A DNA stretch of 64,000 nucleotides, from positions 636,535 to 700,534 of the forward strand of contig WELB01000010.1 in the NCBI GenBank assembly GCA_009602725.1, written 5' to 3'. Positions 26,474 to 39,035 of this stretch are shown here, one piece after another (positions within the stretch are counted from its first letter, which is position 1; the number at the start of each line of letters is the position of its first letter). The notes beneath the pieces are model-generated. The model was not told where the DNA came from. It was given only the letters and a program-made list of their open reading frames with translations, and did no database searches. This stretch comes from Spirogloea muscicola. Its lineage: Eukaryota. Position numbers and translations under genes: made by a program.

Positions 26474-27055
26474 NNNNNNNNNNNNNNNNNNNNNNNNNNN
26501 NNNNNNNNNNNNNNNNNNNNNNNNNNNNNNNNNNNNNNNNNNNNNNNNNNNNNNNNNNNNNNNNNNNNNNNNNNNNNNNNNNNNNNNNNNNNNNNNNNNN
26601 NNNNNNNNNNNNNNNNNNNNNNNNNNNNNNNNNNNNNNNNNNNNNNNNNNNNNNNNNNNNNNNNNNNNNNNNNNNNNNNNNNNNNNNNNNNNNNNNNNNN
26701 NNNNNNNNGGGGCTGGGCTGGCCTTGCCCCCCCCCCCCCCGCCCGCCCCCAGGGCAATCAATATTCCCGGCGCCGCGGGCAGGGTGTGGTTTTGCCCCCG
26801 CTTTGCTCCCCCCGGTCACGGTGAGCGGGCCGCTCCACCGGGTAGGCCACCGTTGGGGGGCCGTCAGCGCATAGCGGAGGTGCGGCAACGTCCCCCCCGA
26901 CGGGTGTTGCTGTGCGTAGATCCTCCGCCCGTCACCGGGGCCCCGCCGGCGCCCGTCACCGTGGCCCCAGGGGGTTATCCCCTCACCACCCCCGGCGGGC
27001 AGATGGGGTCCCCCATTGCACCCACTTCGGCGCTCACCGCTTGTCCATCTACGGC

Positions 27056-27065
27056 TGCCACGTGG
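27056..27065. promoter_or_regulatory. G-box (TGCCACGTGG) upstream of GPT
   Basis: Exact canonical plant bZIP G-box decamer in the GC-rich region 5' of GPT. Function untested. Confidence 0.35.
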
Positions 27066-27179
27066 TGTGGCCCTGCGCTCTGAAGATGCGCACCTGCCGC
27101 TCTGCCGCCTACCCCGTGGCGGCGCTCCCGCTCCCATTAGTAAATGGTTTGTATTTGTTTACCCGTGGGCACTGAGCTG

Positions 27180-27732
27180 CCCTCCAGTGGTGGTTACTGA
27201 GCGGGTCAATCTACCGTAGGTTATGTAGGCCTTACGATGTGCTTGTATTTGTACTTGGCCATTTGGTCTTAGTTTGTTTCAAACACACGAAATTCTCCCT
27301 CCAGTCGCCGCTTCCACCTTGCTTCCTGAACCTTTCTCAGACGCAAACCCTCCAAGGCTTCGCCATTTTGTAGCCCCGTTGTTATACTTACTGTCCCCTT
27401 TGCATGAACGGTGTATTGGCTTGGCTTGGCTTGGTGTCCACCTGAATCCATGCACACCGCACGGCTTCTCTCTTCCTGTCAGCGTGTGCAGGGCGCTCTA
27501 AGTCAGGCCTCCGGCTTCCGTGGCGGCGCTCCAGCTCCCCAAATTATCTTGTCGGACTTGTTTGTGCTCACCCAGGGGTACTTATGTCACCCTGTTACCT
27601 TAGGCACGTTAGTATAGGGCTCTGTATATGTAGCCTTGTTTAGTTTGCACTAGACGCTGCCTGAACAATGTCTTGGCTTGCAGTGGCCTCCCCTTCATTT
27701 CATTCGCTCCGCGCGCCTTCTCTCTTTTCCTG
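27180..27732 (+). mobile_element. Three tandem CRE-like 3' fragments (C, diverged A, A)
   Basis: C end GGTTACTGAGCGGGTCAATCTAC..TTTGTTTCAAACACACGAAATT; peptide ALSQASGFRGGAPAPQIILSDLFVLTQG; A ends at 27475 and 27728. Confidence 0.8.
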
Positions 27733-28594
27733 TCGCTCACTGTCCTCTGGCAAGTCTCGCCACCACCTTTGTTCTGCTTAGCCGTTGCACCAGCAGCATG
27801 CTGTCAGGTCTACCTCCAGTGGCCGCTGCAATGTCATTCTTGTCAGACGTCATGGTACTCTATCCAGTATAGTTCGTGTGGCGTGACTCTAGACGTTCTT
27901 ACCCTCATTGAGGAGCCCAAGAGTGACACTCTCTACGATGTCAACAAAGGGGAGTTGTATGAGTTGTTGACATCACCCACCAGAGTGGAGGACTCTGTGC
28001 GCTGCACCCGGTGGTTGTGACCCAGCGGTCGTGGCCTGCACACCACCCCTTCCTTTTCCCCTTTCCCCTGTCGCTGAATGTTAGCTGTCTCTAAGGTGCA
28101 CGCGCAGAGCTTTGAGCCACTGCAATCCTACAAACCAATGCACATGTGACATACATGTCCTGCAAGCACTAACAAAGTCAGATCTACAATCCTACATTCT
28201 TAGCTGCAAAAGTTGCAAGGTCAAAGCAAAACTCAAAGTCAAAGCAACTCACACCACCATTGCCAGAATCTCCTGAAGCCCAAGTACAATCTGCTCGGTC
28301 TTGATAACCAACACACCAACCAAGCCCTCATCTGCTGAGCTAAGTAGATTAAGAAGCAGAAGTAGCAGGTGCACATTGCTAAAGCAAGACGGCGACCTCT
28401 ATCTGTGCAATGGAGTCGTCAGTAGAGCACCAATAGCAAAGCTTCCACTGCTGCATCTCTTTGCTGCTTCTCTGTGTCATAGCGTCAAAAATGTCACTGC
28501 CACTCTGCAGGCACAGTGTTATTACTTGCAGTTGACAGCACTAGCATACTCGGTTACATTCTTTGCTTGATACCACCATCTCGATACTCAGTCC

Positions 28595-31108
28595 TCAATT
28601 ACAAGCTTGCGTGGGATGGCGTCCATCAAGAGTACATATTGGTTTGTACATTTCAGGTCGCCGATCGCGAAAAATGCCCCACGAGGCTCGTTGAGCTTGA
28701 TTGGCATCAAGGTCAACCGTAGCGAGTACGATGGCTTCAACCTTATCATCTGCATGCTGCAGGAGCTCTCCTGTGATACCTGAGGAGTCAAGCATGTAAG
28801 GTTGCGCCGTTAGTTAGACATGAGAAAGTCATGGCAGAGTTGCAGACGAAGGAGGTGGAAGGGGCCTCATATTGTGGACGGCATAACAGTGACCAGCTTA
28901 GGGCTTTCGTTCTTGCTTACCTGCAATGAATGAGTTGCCATACCAAGTTATAGTGCTTGGTCCATGCTCTGTTTCCACTGTCTCTGGCCCTATTCGATTA
29001 GCAGCAACAAGCGGAACCTACAGCATCCAAATACGTATATATCAATTTCATGTCAATTGTGCGTTTTGATGCTGGCGACTGGAGGGACTGCACCTGCTCA
29101 AATGGAGCTGACAGGGTCCAATGCTACCAGTGGACCACGGGAGGATGGTAATTATTCTAATTTAAATGGTGCGATCCAGACACTGGAACGGCATCAGGCT
29201 GAAGCTGATCACCAGTATTCAGGTAGGTCCTCTTTCAATATGCCAGAGAATGTGTCTCCTTGTGAAGGGGCAAAGTTCTCGTGGTTCTCTAACCTATACC
29301 GAAAACAAGCAATTAGAGAGACAAGGAGAGCAGTGAAGCTGATGATGAGGAGCCTATAGCATTAGAACAAACCAGATTTGCCCCAGCATGGCCTTGCATG
29401 ACTCGCATCCAATGGCCTCGTGAATCAAGTGTGGTATCCTGTGGCTCGCTTCCGATGGCGGTCGGATAGAAGAGAATCTCAGCTCCCATCAAAGCCATTG
29501 ATCTAGCAGTCTCTGGAAACCATTGATCCCAGCAGATTGCTGCAATAGTATGAACACATTGTCAATAGATTCTCATGACTGCTGCACTTTGATGACCACA
29601 GGATGTTGCTGGATTGCCTGAAAGAATCTAGCCAAGCACCTGCCATAGTCACAAGGTCCAGCAGCAAATGCAAATTTACTTCCCTCACCTACGCCAATGG
29701 TTGCAAATTTCGTCCTGAATACCTGCCATGCAGGGAACCAGAGGTCGAAGAGCAGTTGAGAACCAACACCAGGTTGACGAGATCAGTACAGATCTTGACA
29801 TGATACTAATTCACAGGCATCATGCGCGACTTGCAGCAAACAATGGCTGCATGGTGTGCCCACCTTGAAACCAGTATCACCTGGGCAGAAGTAGAACTTC
29901 TCCTGATAACCTATGTCACAAATTGCAGGCTGTCAAGCTTTCAATGAGCTTTCAAGAAGGATGAAAGTGCAGGTGCTGTGACACATGCAAAAAATAGCAG
30001 CACCGAGATGATGGCTGTGCTTGCTACTATGACGGCTGAGTTCAGCAGACTCTTGTCGCCCTTGAAGCATCACGCAAGGAAGGGATGTGCGCTATTGGCA
30101 CACAGTGCCAAAATATCCGCGAGTGCCAAATGAATTGAACAAGCACAAGAAATTTTCCCTGAAAATAGGCCAATCGTCAAAAATAGAGGGGCGAAGAAAG
30201 TCTTGGGCGGTTGTGAGTTTGGGTAGAGAGAGCAATGATCAGCATGAAACCTGGTCCATCTGGGATGTGGGTTTTCCGGTAGAGCCCAATGTCGGATCCA
30301 TCAGCATCGATGACAACAACTGAGTTGAAATGAGCGTTGTTGGCCCGTTCAAAGAAGCTCACTGGTAACACAACATTGAGCTCCTTTGCAAGCTCTTGAA
30401 ACCTGCACCGAAGTCAAGCTCCCGGTGTCCTGATGAGCCAAAATTTCTGAGCTGCGGTTGACATGATTTAGAATAGAAGACCGCCTGTTGCATGTTTTCA
30501 GCTCACTCCTTGGAGTGATTGAACGAGCAAAGATCTGGCTGATTAAGCAGCGAACTCTCTTAGGAGTTACCTTTGTATTGTTGGGTTGTTCTCTCGTGGA
30601 CGAGCTCGAGCAAAAAAGTCCTGCCGTTGTGCCTGGCAGAAGTAGTGGCCTTCGAAGAGCTCCTGGTCAACAAGCAGGACGTAGCGTCAGACTGTCGACA
30701 CCCCTTTCCAAGCAGCGTGTACCCAGCAATTGATCTTCAGGTACGCACCGAGACCAGGATGATCTGAGCTCCCTTGGCATGCGCCTCCCGAATCTTGCTG
30801 CAGCACCACGGACATTCAAACTGATTTGAGTCCGACGTGAACTCTTGGCTTGGAAGGTGCAGGATGAGGCCACTTCTGCCGTTCTTGGCTCAAACATCTG
30901 GAGCTGAGCAAGGAAAGCCATGGGCCGTCAGCTTGCACAACTAGGCATGCGAAGGGCATGAAGTCGACAGAAGCCCGGGCATCAAGAGCAGCTGGACGGG
31001 ACCGGCGGTCGGACAACGGAGGTCCTACTTCTCAGCCTTGGCGACGTTGGCCTCCCGGTCGTCGCTCCAGGCGGCCTGCACGGCCGCGACGCAGACCTGC
31101 CGCGACAT
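28595..31108 (-). CDS. NLP1: N-carbamoylputrescine amidase (nitrilase family)
   Basis: Catalytic E-K-C in ILVSELFEGHYFCQ, YRKTHIPDGPGYQEKFYF and ICWDQWFPETAR. Also GAEILFYPTAIGSEP, VMQGHAGAN, WGIFRDRRPEMY. Confidence 0.96.
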
Positions 31109-31364
31109 GGCTGCAGCCGCCAGCCGCGTGGTGCTGCGGCGACGGCGGATGGCCAGCTCTACGAAAGGGCCTGCCACTTGGCCGCTGACGGTGGACGGCT
31201 GCCACGCCCAGCGGCGCTGGTCGCTACCGTGTGAACCGGGACCGGTCGAGCCCGCCCCTCCCCCTCTCGTCGGATGGCGGACCATCCTCGGCGGGCCTCA
31301 GCGGAGCCCAGGTTAGCGGGTCGCCCTGAGCTGGAGCTGGATTTGCGGTCAATCAGGGTCCAGG

Positions 31365-31475
31365 ATAAAGAAAGAAGGAGTATATGCGGCTATTGATGTC
31401 AAAAGAGCGGCTGTAAGTGCCAGCCAGGTACATACAGAGGGTATTGATGACTACATTTTCGGAACCACAGGCAGA
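31365..31475 (-). repeat. Family-B 3' end in the NLP1/SR divergent promoter
   Basis: Reverse complement GCCTGTGGTTCCG..CTGTATGTACCTGGCTGGCACTTACAGCCGCTCTTTTGACATCAATAGCCGC, then a CT-rich tail and CCTGG. Confidence 0.75.
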
Positions 31476-31635
31476 CGAATGCAGGGGCGCGGCCGCCCTC
31501 GCGGCGTGCCTGGGGCGGGGGGATTGGCGGACCAACTCTCGAGCGGCTCGGCGGGCCGTCCGACGCAACGGCATCCGGCGGTCACCGGCCGGCGAGACCT
31601 GCCTCGCTTGCGCCGCCCCGCTGCAAGGCCCCCCC

Positions 31636-31683
<48 letters not shown>

Positions 31684-31770
31684 CCCGGCGGCCGCGCCGA
31701 GGCGGGCGCTGCAGCGACAGGCTCGACCGCGCCGCGCCGGACTCGCCTCGCTCTTTCTGCGGCGGCGGCT

Positions 31771-31802
<32 letters not shown>

Positions 31803-31806
31803 AGCC

Positions 31807-34232
31807 ATGGGCGGCGACTATGGCAGCTCGCGGATCTACATAGGCGGCCTGCCTGCCAAGGTCACGCAGGAGGAGGTCGAGGACATGTTCGGCAAGTACG
31901 GGCGCATTGTGCGCTGCGACTTCAAGTCGCGCCCCGAGGTGAGAATGTTCACGAAGTCCAGCTTGCCTGGGGATGCAAGCTTGACATGCGGCAAATGTAG
32001 CCTTGTAATCAATCAGATATGACACGAGTTGGAGGTAGTGGGAGAGGGGGAGGGGAAGGGGGCGCGCCTGCGCATGACCTTCAAAGCGGAAAGTCTTGCG
32101 GAGAGTGACGCCTAGAGGGCTGTTAGAACCCTTCGCTGGCTGTGGGAGGCCACGTTGCAGTTGCTGGCGAGGTACACATGTGTGTGTGCGCTGTGCCTTG
32201 CAGCAGTTCTCGTTCTGCTTTATCGAGTACGAGGACGAGAGGGATGCTGCTGATGCCATCAGGAACTTGGACGGAGCTCCCATTGCTGGGGCGCGTATGC
32301 TGGTCGAGGCCTCCAAGGAACGACGCCGTGCTCCTCAGTACTCCTTCGGTGGGAAACACGGCCGCGAAGACTGCCGAGCTATCGTTGGTGAGCGCAGGCG
32401 ATGGTGCTGCTTGCCTCCTCTCAATTGTCTGCCTGCACCAATGCCTTACATAGTATCCTGATAATGTCTTGTGATAGCTGCATGCAGAGCATGCACGTGG
32501 TGTGCTTGCATAGCAGGGCCATGCAGACATAGTTGGCCTCTCGCGCATCACGTATTGGCGCCAAAGCTCGACATCTGCTCACATGTGTGCTCCGTTGCAG
32601 ATGATCTTCCACAGGGCACCTCGTGGCAGGACCTCAAGGACTTCGGACGAGAAGGTGGCCCCGTTGTGTACTCTGACGTCTTTATGGACAACCGAAGGCT
32701 GCGGGGGTGAGCCATGTTATCGAGCTGGCACCAAAGGCAACCTGTGAATCCCTTCCCTGGTCCTTTGAGCTCTTATCAGGATCCACTGGGAACGTCACCT
32801 TCTGGCCCTCGGCATGTTGTCCGTAACCTTCCCAATGGAATGGAGAGGGTGTCCTTGGATTGGAGACTGTCGTGTCCTTGGCCTTTTCCATCCCTGCCTG
32901 CCTCCGGAAATTTTCCCCTGGTCCAAGCTAGCTGTGGGCTTTACCAGTTTCAGAGGCAAGAAGTAAGGTGCTCTCCTATAACAGCCGACTTGGCTCGCTG
33001 ATTGTGCTCTGGAATAGGGGCATGGTTGGGGGGGCCAGTCGGGCTTGATCCTTGCGGATGCATTGCCAAAGATTGACCTGTTGCGTAAGGGTGGATTGAG
33101 ACTGAACAGGGCAGCTGCTGCACGCTGCACTTTCTTGTTGCTGATTTATTCGCGGTGCGCATGGGTGGCAGTGTTTTGGAGTTTGAGAGCTCAGAGGCAT
33201 GTCGAAGGGCTGTGAGGCGTTTGGATGGCCAGCGAATTCACGGGGCTCCGGTCTATGTTCGGGAGGTGAGTGCTGGGTTGCTTCTATCTGTCCAACTTTG
33301 TGATCGTCGGCAAGCTGTGTGGTTATGACTGTGACTTGTTTTTTGCCACTGTCTTTAGTGTCCAGGTTTATGCTAGTAATTGTGGGCATATTATGTTGGC
33401 TTATTGGTTGGCCGTAGCAGCAGCCTCTTGTGACAGCATGTGGAGGTTCTCAGATTTTTGCTCTTGTATTTCCTTGCAGGAGCTTGACACCCGTCGCAGC
33501 AGTCGTTACTATTCACGTTCACGTTCAAGGAGTCCTCCTCGCTATGATGATCGCCGAGGCCTTGACAGCTATGACAAGTACTCATCTAGAGGTGACTATG
33601 GAGGTCGAAGCGGCGGCGGCGGCGGACGCGGAGATGATGATCTTCGCGGTGGCGGTGGCTACTCGCGCCGTGCTCGCAGTCCGTCACCTTTGGACAAGGA
33701 CAGAGACGGTCGTGGAATGCAGGTTGATAGGGGTCGATCGCCAGGTGACCCAGATGACCGTGACAACGTCAGTGATCGTGACACCCGTGACAGGGCACAA
33801 GAGAGGAGGTCTGTGACAATAACCCATTTGCATTGCATGCTTATGTATAGCATATGCCATATACCAGCATTTTGATAAGGATGGAGTCGTCACATCTGCT
33901 TGACTCCTGTGTACAGAAACTACAGTGCCTGCAGTCCTAGCACCACTTCATGCAACTACATTGAGTCCAGATGTTTCAATTTATGTGCAGCAGATCCCGC
34001 AGTCGCAGCCCAGTTGGAAGCCCTCCCTACCCAGTGAGGGACCGCTCTCCAGTCGGTGACCGCAGGTTCTGCCACCTTGTGCCATCTATGCTGTGCCATC
34101 GAGTCGAACCAAGCCCACATGTTTTACTGGGGTATCTGAGTCAAAGCCTCTCGCCGCATACACGAGGCTTTGACACTGCTAGTTTTTACTGTGTGTTGCA
34201 GCCTCAGTCCTCCTGGGAACCGGAAAGATTGA
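31807..34232 (+). CDS. Serine/arginine-rich splicing factor, SF2/ASF-type (RRM + RRMH + RS domain)
   Basis: RIYIGGLP..FCFIEYED RRM, diagnostic SWQDLKD pseudo-RRM motif, and an RS-rich tail (YSRSRSRSPPR). Seven exons, ending SLSPPGNRKD*. Confidence 0.92.
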
Positions 34233-34532
34233 CCTTGGCATTCACGAGCAGGCAGCAGAAGTCGCAGTGTTCAATGACAATTGTTCAATCTAACCAACTA
34301 CCTTGCTGCTTGAACGTTATGTCTGGTGACTAGCTCTAAGTGCACCCTTAGAGCTGAGGCTGCTTAGGATAAGTTTTTGAGGTTGTATGTGAGATTCCTA
34401 CCTGTACTGCAGCTCTCAGCAGATGTGACTTCTCGCTGCAGTGGCCAAATCAATTGAATTTGTGTATGTGGAACTTGGAACTTGCATGAGAGTGCATCCT
34501 ACTATGTTGTGCTTGCTGTGCAATTGAATATA

Positions 34533-34607
34533 ACAGTGGTGAATTACAGTGTATTACAGAGTATTACAGTACAGGTTACAGAGTAGTACAGAGTATTACA
34601 GTGGTGA
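34533..34607. repeat. Degenerate ~10-nt tandem repeat (GTATTACAGA-like)
   Basis: About 8 TACAG-core units, bounded by ACAGTGGTGA at 34533 and 34598. Confidence 0.75.
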
Positions 34608-34717
34608 GCCCTGGCTGTCTAGCCTGTGGCTCCGTCATGAACACCTGTATGCATCTGGCTGGCTTTCACAGCCGCTCTTTTAATATCAGCAGCCGTTTCC
34701 TTTTTTTTTTTTTTTTT
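34608..34717 (+). repeat. Family-B 3' end with T17 tail
   Basis: 88 nt identical to 9395-9482, followed by TTTCC and 17 T. Confidence 0.85.
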
Positions 34718-35065
34718 GGTGAAGCAGTCCTATCTTTTCGCCATTGTGGCCAAGTCAAGTTTGTTATATTGAATGGCATGAGAGGGCACTCCATCATGTT
34801 CGGCTTGCTGTGCATTTGAGCAACCTGTTGGCGAATCCAGTCACTTAGGAATGCTTCCATCATAGTCCTGTAGTTGGCTATGAGAGTTCAAAGCTTGATC
34901 AGCTTATAGCAGTGAAGCTTCAAGGACTAATCAGCTCAAGGATTAGAATTTGGAACTGTACGTGAAAGATGCTCTTGGCTCAGCTTGGCCATGAGTAAGC
35001 CTGACTATGCTCGTAGTGGCCCACCTTGTATGAGTTAGCTGTCTATGCTCCAAAGGGGGCCTGCC

Positions 35066-37352
35066 TCATTCTCCCCTATACACTGGCTTCCGCTTCTCTG
35101 CAAAGGCTGCCAATCCCTCCAGCCTGTCCCTAGTGGTCAGAACACGGGAATAGCAAGCCTCTTCCATTGCCATACCTGATGTCATGTCCATCTCCAAGCC
35201 TTTGTCTATTGCCGTTTTTGCCATCCTTATTGCGACAGGGCCCTGCGAACTCAAGTCAACACTTGAGTCAATCTAGGGGGGTGCCCGTATGCTTGGACCT
35301 GCACCAGATCCAATTACTTTGTGCATTACAACCAATCAACTAGTCGAGGATGTTGAGGTATATCTTCATTTGTACTGAACCTTACAGCTACTGTTTGCAA
35401 TGCAGTCATTTCTGTCATGGTTGAAAGCGGCACATGAATGTGGTAAAACAAGGACTCCATGCATCCTGTCAGCATTGACTTGACATGCCCCCTTCCATCA
35501 GCACCTGAGGAATGATCTCCCTGGCAAGTTCAAGGGCTTTCTTGTATGCCTGTCCACACTCCACAAGGTGATCTATAACACCTGACCAGGAACAAAGAAG
35601 CCTGCTGTGAGTTGAAGTAAGAACACACTTGCTGCAATACAACCTGTCAAACGAACTCTGTTGAATGCTGAGCTACTACATGAGGCAACCACAATACAGG
35701 CCTGACTAGCAATACAGCAGAACAAAGCGATAGTTCATTGGTATAGACGAGGCTGGCAGCTGACCCAGCTTGGCAGCTCGTTCAGCAGAAATGCGACGCC
35801 CCGTGAAGATCAGCTCTTTTGCTTGCGACCGTCCAATTATGCGTGGCAAACGCTGTGTTCCACCTGCCCTGCTCTCAAGCCGGCAACCTGTGGCAGGTCA
35901 GCCGCCATCAATGTGCATCAGCAAAGGACTTCCTTCTTTGAGGAAAGCAAGCACAATTGCGACGTCAGCATGACCTGCCTGTTCAAGAATGCAACAGGAG
36001 GCGTTCTACTTGTTAAGCTCAAGACAGACGCACCCTGGGATGATGGCCAGGCCTGTCTCTGGTAGGCCAAAGCTAGCTGCACCCCCTGATTGACGAGCAA
36101 GCAACAAGGTCAGGGCTCTTGTGCATGAAAGTTCTGTTAGCTTCAGGTTCCTTGTGTAGTCAACTTTGGGTTGCTTCCAAAATCTCAAGTCTGCACCAAG
36201 CCAGCTTGGACACGGGAGTAGCTTGGCAAGTGTCATGTCTTAAGTGGCACTGGTGGAAAGAATCATTCTTGTTCAATATGTCTTTCACTACCTGCCACAC
36301 GGAGGTCACAAGAAAGCACAAGCTCGAAGCCTCCTCCAAGAGCGGCTCCTTCGATTGACGCAATTGTGGGTATGGGAAGGCGCTGCTGTCAAGAAGAGCA
36401 AAGTCTGAGTGCGCAGCACGGCATCCCTGTCTTTGGAATTGTAGCCATTCCTGGGGCGTTTTGAGACCGGGTCAATGTGGTGAAGGGGAACCCTTATTGT
36501 ACCTCAAGCGCCACGAATGTGCTCCGCAGAGCCTTCACAAATGAGTCAGCTTCAGCAGCTGTCATGCCTCTTCGCTCCTGCCAAATCCCAGACAGCAGGG
36601 GCACAGGACTGCCTGGCTAGTGTGTACATCGTCGTGACCGAGAGCTGACAATTGCGAAGTGCATACAGTGGCAGTGGACAAAACATTTAATGTTGATTGC
36701 AGAGCAGCCGGTAGGCTAGCCATGTTTGTAGTCCGAGCAGCCCAATTGTTCAAGAGCAAGAGATGGGAACGAGGGGCGGCAAAGCGCGACGCCCTTACCT
36801 TGAGGTCTGCGCCGGCGCAGAAGACGCCCTGCAGGAGGCTGCGCAGGATGACGACGCGCGCAGCCGGGTCGGCCTCGGCGGCGCCCACCGCATCCCGCAG
36901 CTGCACCAGCAGCTCGCGCCCGATGGCGTTGCGCGCCACCGGCCTGTCCAGGCTCCACACCACGACGCCTGCAACGGGCAAACGGCCGCAGAATGGGGAA
37001 TGGAGTACGTATCGAGTGATGGAAAGCCTGAGTGGCCAAGTACATTGGCGAATGCATATCACCTGCTGCTGAGCTGACCCGCTCAGTAACCACCAGACAG
37101 CACATAGAGGCCGCTACCAGAAGGGGGAACCCTTTGAGAGGAACCGCTAAAGTAAACCAAGAATGCGGCTGGGAAATCAAGGAGCGGCAGCATCGGTGAG
37201 GTCCTGCTCGAGGAGGCCCGAGCAGCACGGCCGTGCCTGAGTCGCCGTTGCCCAGACGCTCCACGGCAAGCTCCGCGCGCGGCGGCGGCGGGCCCTGCGG
37301 AGGCTGCGGCGCCTGCAGGTATGCGCGGCGGGCGACGCGGCGGGCGGCGAGG
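35066..37352 (-). CDS. Enoyl-CoA hydratase / methylglutaconyl-CoA hydratase (AUH-like), probably mitochondrial
   Basis: [91 protein letters not shown]. No ATG visible; it is probably lost at the N at 37353. Confidence 0.93.
37005..37100 (-). repeat. Family-C-like 3' fragment inside intron 1 of the crotonase gene
   Basis: TGACCCGCTCAGTAACCAC and TGGCCAAGTACA are shared with the family-C copies at 37921-37995 and 27183-27262. Confidence 0.6.
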
Positions 37353-37479
37353 NCGCCGCCGCCGCCGCCGCCGGCCTCGCTAGCCCGCGTGTGGGACACG
37401 GGCGGGTGAAGGCGCGCGCCCTCGGTGCGCCTTCACCTCCCTCGGTGCGCACTCGGTGTCTCCGGACTGGCCTCGGCAA

Positions 37480-38460
37480 GGTTACTGAGTAATACGTAGC
37501 TGCTTCGTTTCTTGTTGTGCTTGTTTATCTTAGCGCTTCCCCTGGCCCCCTTCTCGTACTTTGTTCCTTCTTTTTTGGGCTGGCATTTCCAGCCCCTATC
37601 CTCCATGAGCGAGCCCTTTCTTCTCTGCCAGCCCCTCTTCAAAAGAAAGCAAGCGCGGCCAGATTAACTGGTGGCTGGGAGAGGCCAGCCCAAACGAATG
37701 GACAAGGTCTGAAGGAGTCGGAGTGCTAAGGACTGAGACAGCAGTAAGCGAACTCTCAGTAACCTCTCGTCAGTAGGGTTTATCTCTTCTCTATGGCCGG
37801 GCACTTTCTTTCCTCGGTGCGCAGGACACCGGAAGGCATGTGGCCAAATCGAGCCAAGGCAAAGCACTGTTTCGACGCTAGTGCAGAAGACTTGTCGTCA
37901 ATTTGAAACGGACAAAGGCCAAATGGCCAAGTACAAAGGGAAGCACATCTAGAGACGTACATAATCTACAGCAGATTGACCCGCTCAGTAACCACGGGTC
38001 AAATACATAAAGGTCGCTAATCGATGCCTGCATGCTGGATGGCAGATACAAAGCCCTTCTGCTACCAACTAGAGCTCGCCCAGCTTTCTGGTGCAAAGCA
38101 TTAGCCTGAGCACGCTGCAAACAGGCCGAAACGCGTCCGTCGCAAGAACGACAGATATGCAGCTGGCAGGCCCATCTCAGCTGGAAACACATCTGCACGT
38201 CGTGCATTAGCCTAGATTGGCAATATTCTGCAGGAGAGTGTGGAGACGAGGACCCAAGCAGCCAAAGATGTCAACTGCAGCTGGCAGGAGCTGATCGCAT
38301 TGGGGGTAATCGAAGTAGTTCTGCAGCTTTCTTTGTTCTGCACTGCCCACTGCGTGGCAGAGAGATGGAGAGAGCGAAAAGGCGCACTGTGCGCATGAAA
38401 TAATAATAAATATTGTGGCCAATACAAGCCAATGCATTGTTGAGGCCAAAGCCAGTGAAA
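37480..38460. mobile_element. Cluster of CRE-like fragments: D (+, 37480-37625), E (-, 37648-37715), C (-, ~37895-38360), A end (-, ~38365-38460)
   Basis: Peptides AVGSAEQRKLQNYFDYPQCDQLLPAAVDIFGCLGPRLHTLLQ and ACLQRAQANALHQKAGRAL..SISDLYV. Nucleotide matches to 6005-6155, 41169-41238 and 9905-10345. Confidence 0.82.
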
Positions 38461-39035
38461 AAAGGAAAAGGACGGGACTACAAACAGCGAAAGCCCGATG
38501 CTAAGGAACAAGTGAGCTTTTCCACAAAATGAGGCGGGGGCTGTGAGAAGGCAGCTCAGAATGAATGGACAAAAGGTCCCAAGGGCCGAAAGGCCCCAAA
38601 AACCCACAGCTATCAGGAGACTACAGCGAATGGGAGCTTGATACGCTGCGTCAGCAGCCGCTCGTCGGAGTGACTTGCAGGAAAAGAGGCACCCCGACGA
38701 AACCCAGAAGTAGCAGATATACCCTGCCCGGAAGTGCACTGCGTGAGCCTAGGCTAAGGGGGGCTAAGGTATCTGTGCGATAGCGGCTGACGGGGGACGT
38801 TCACAGCCAAGGGTGAGCACATATAGATTTGACAGGCTAATTCGACTTTGTTGCGCGCACTCGTGGGAACAAAGGCCCCTTCAGCCGTGATCTCGCCCTG
38901 CATCCTTAGCCCCCAGCTAGATTGATTTATTTCTAATCTCTGATTAGACCTGCACTTTGTGTAGTCCCATTGCTTGCACTCCCTCGCCCTATATACATGA
39001 GCTATGTGTTGTGCTCGGTCTGGCCTGCCTTTAAT

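Noticed and set aside
26474..26708. ORFs spanning the second N run
   Set aside because: Assembly gap hiding the GPT start.
31637..31682. A46 run giving poly-Lys/poly-Phe ORFs, or a possible retrocopy tail
   Set aside because: Upstream of the SR start, with no associated element body or target duplication. May be a gap-filling artefact in GC-rich DNA.
37405..37437. 11-bp inverted repeat GGTGAAGGCGC/GCGCCTTCACC near the crotonase 5' end
   Set aside because: Single instance in very GC-rich DNA with no terminator or ncRNA context.
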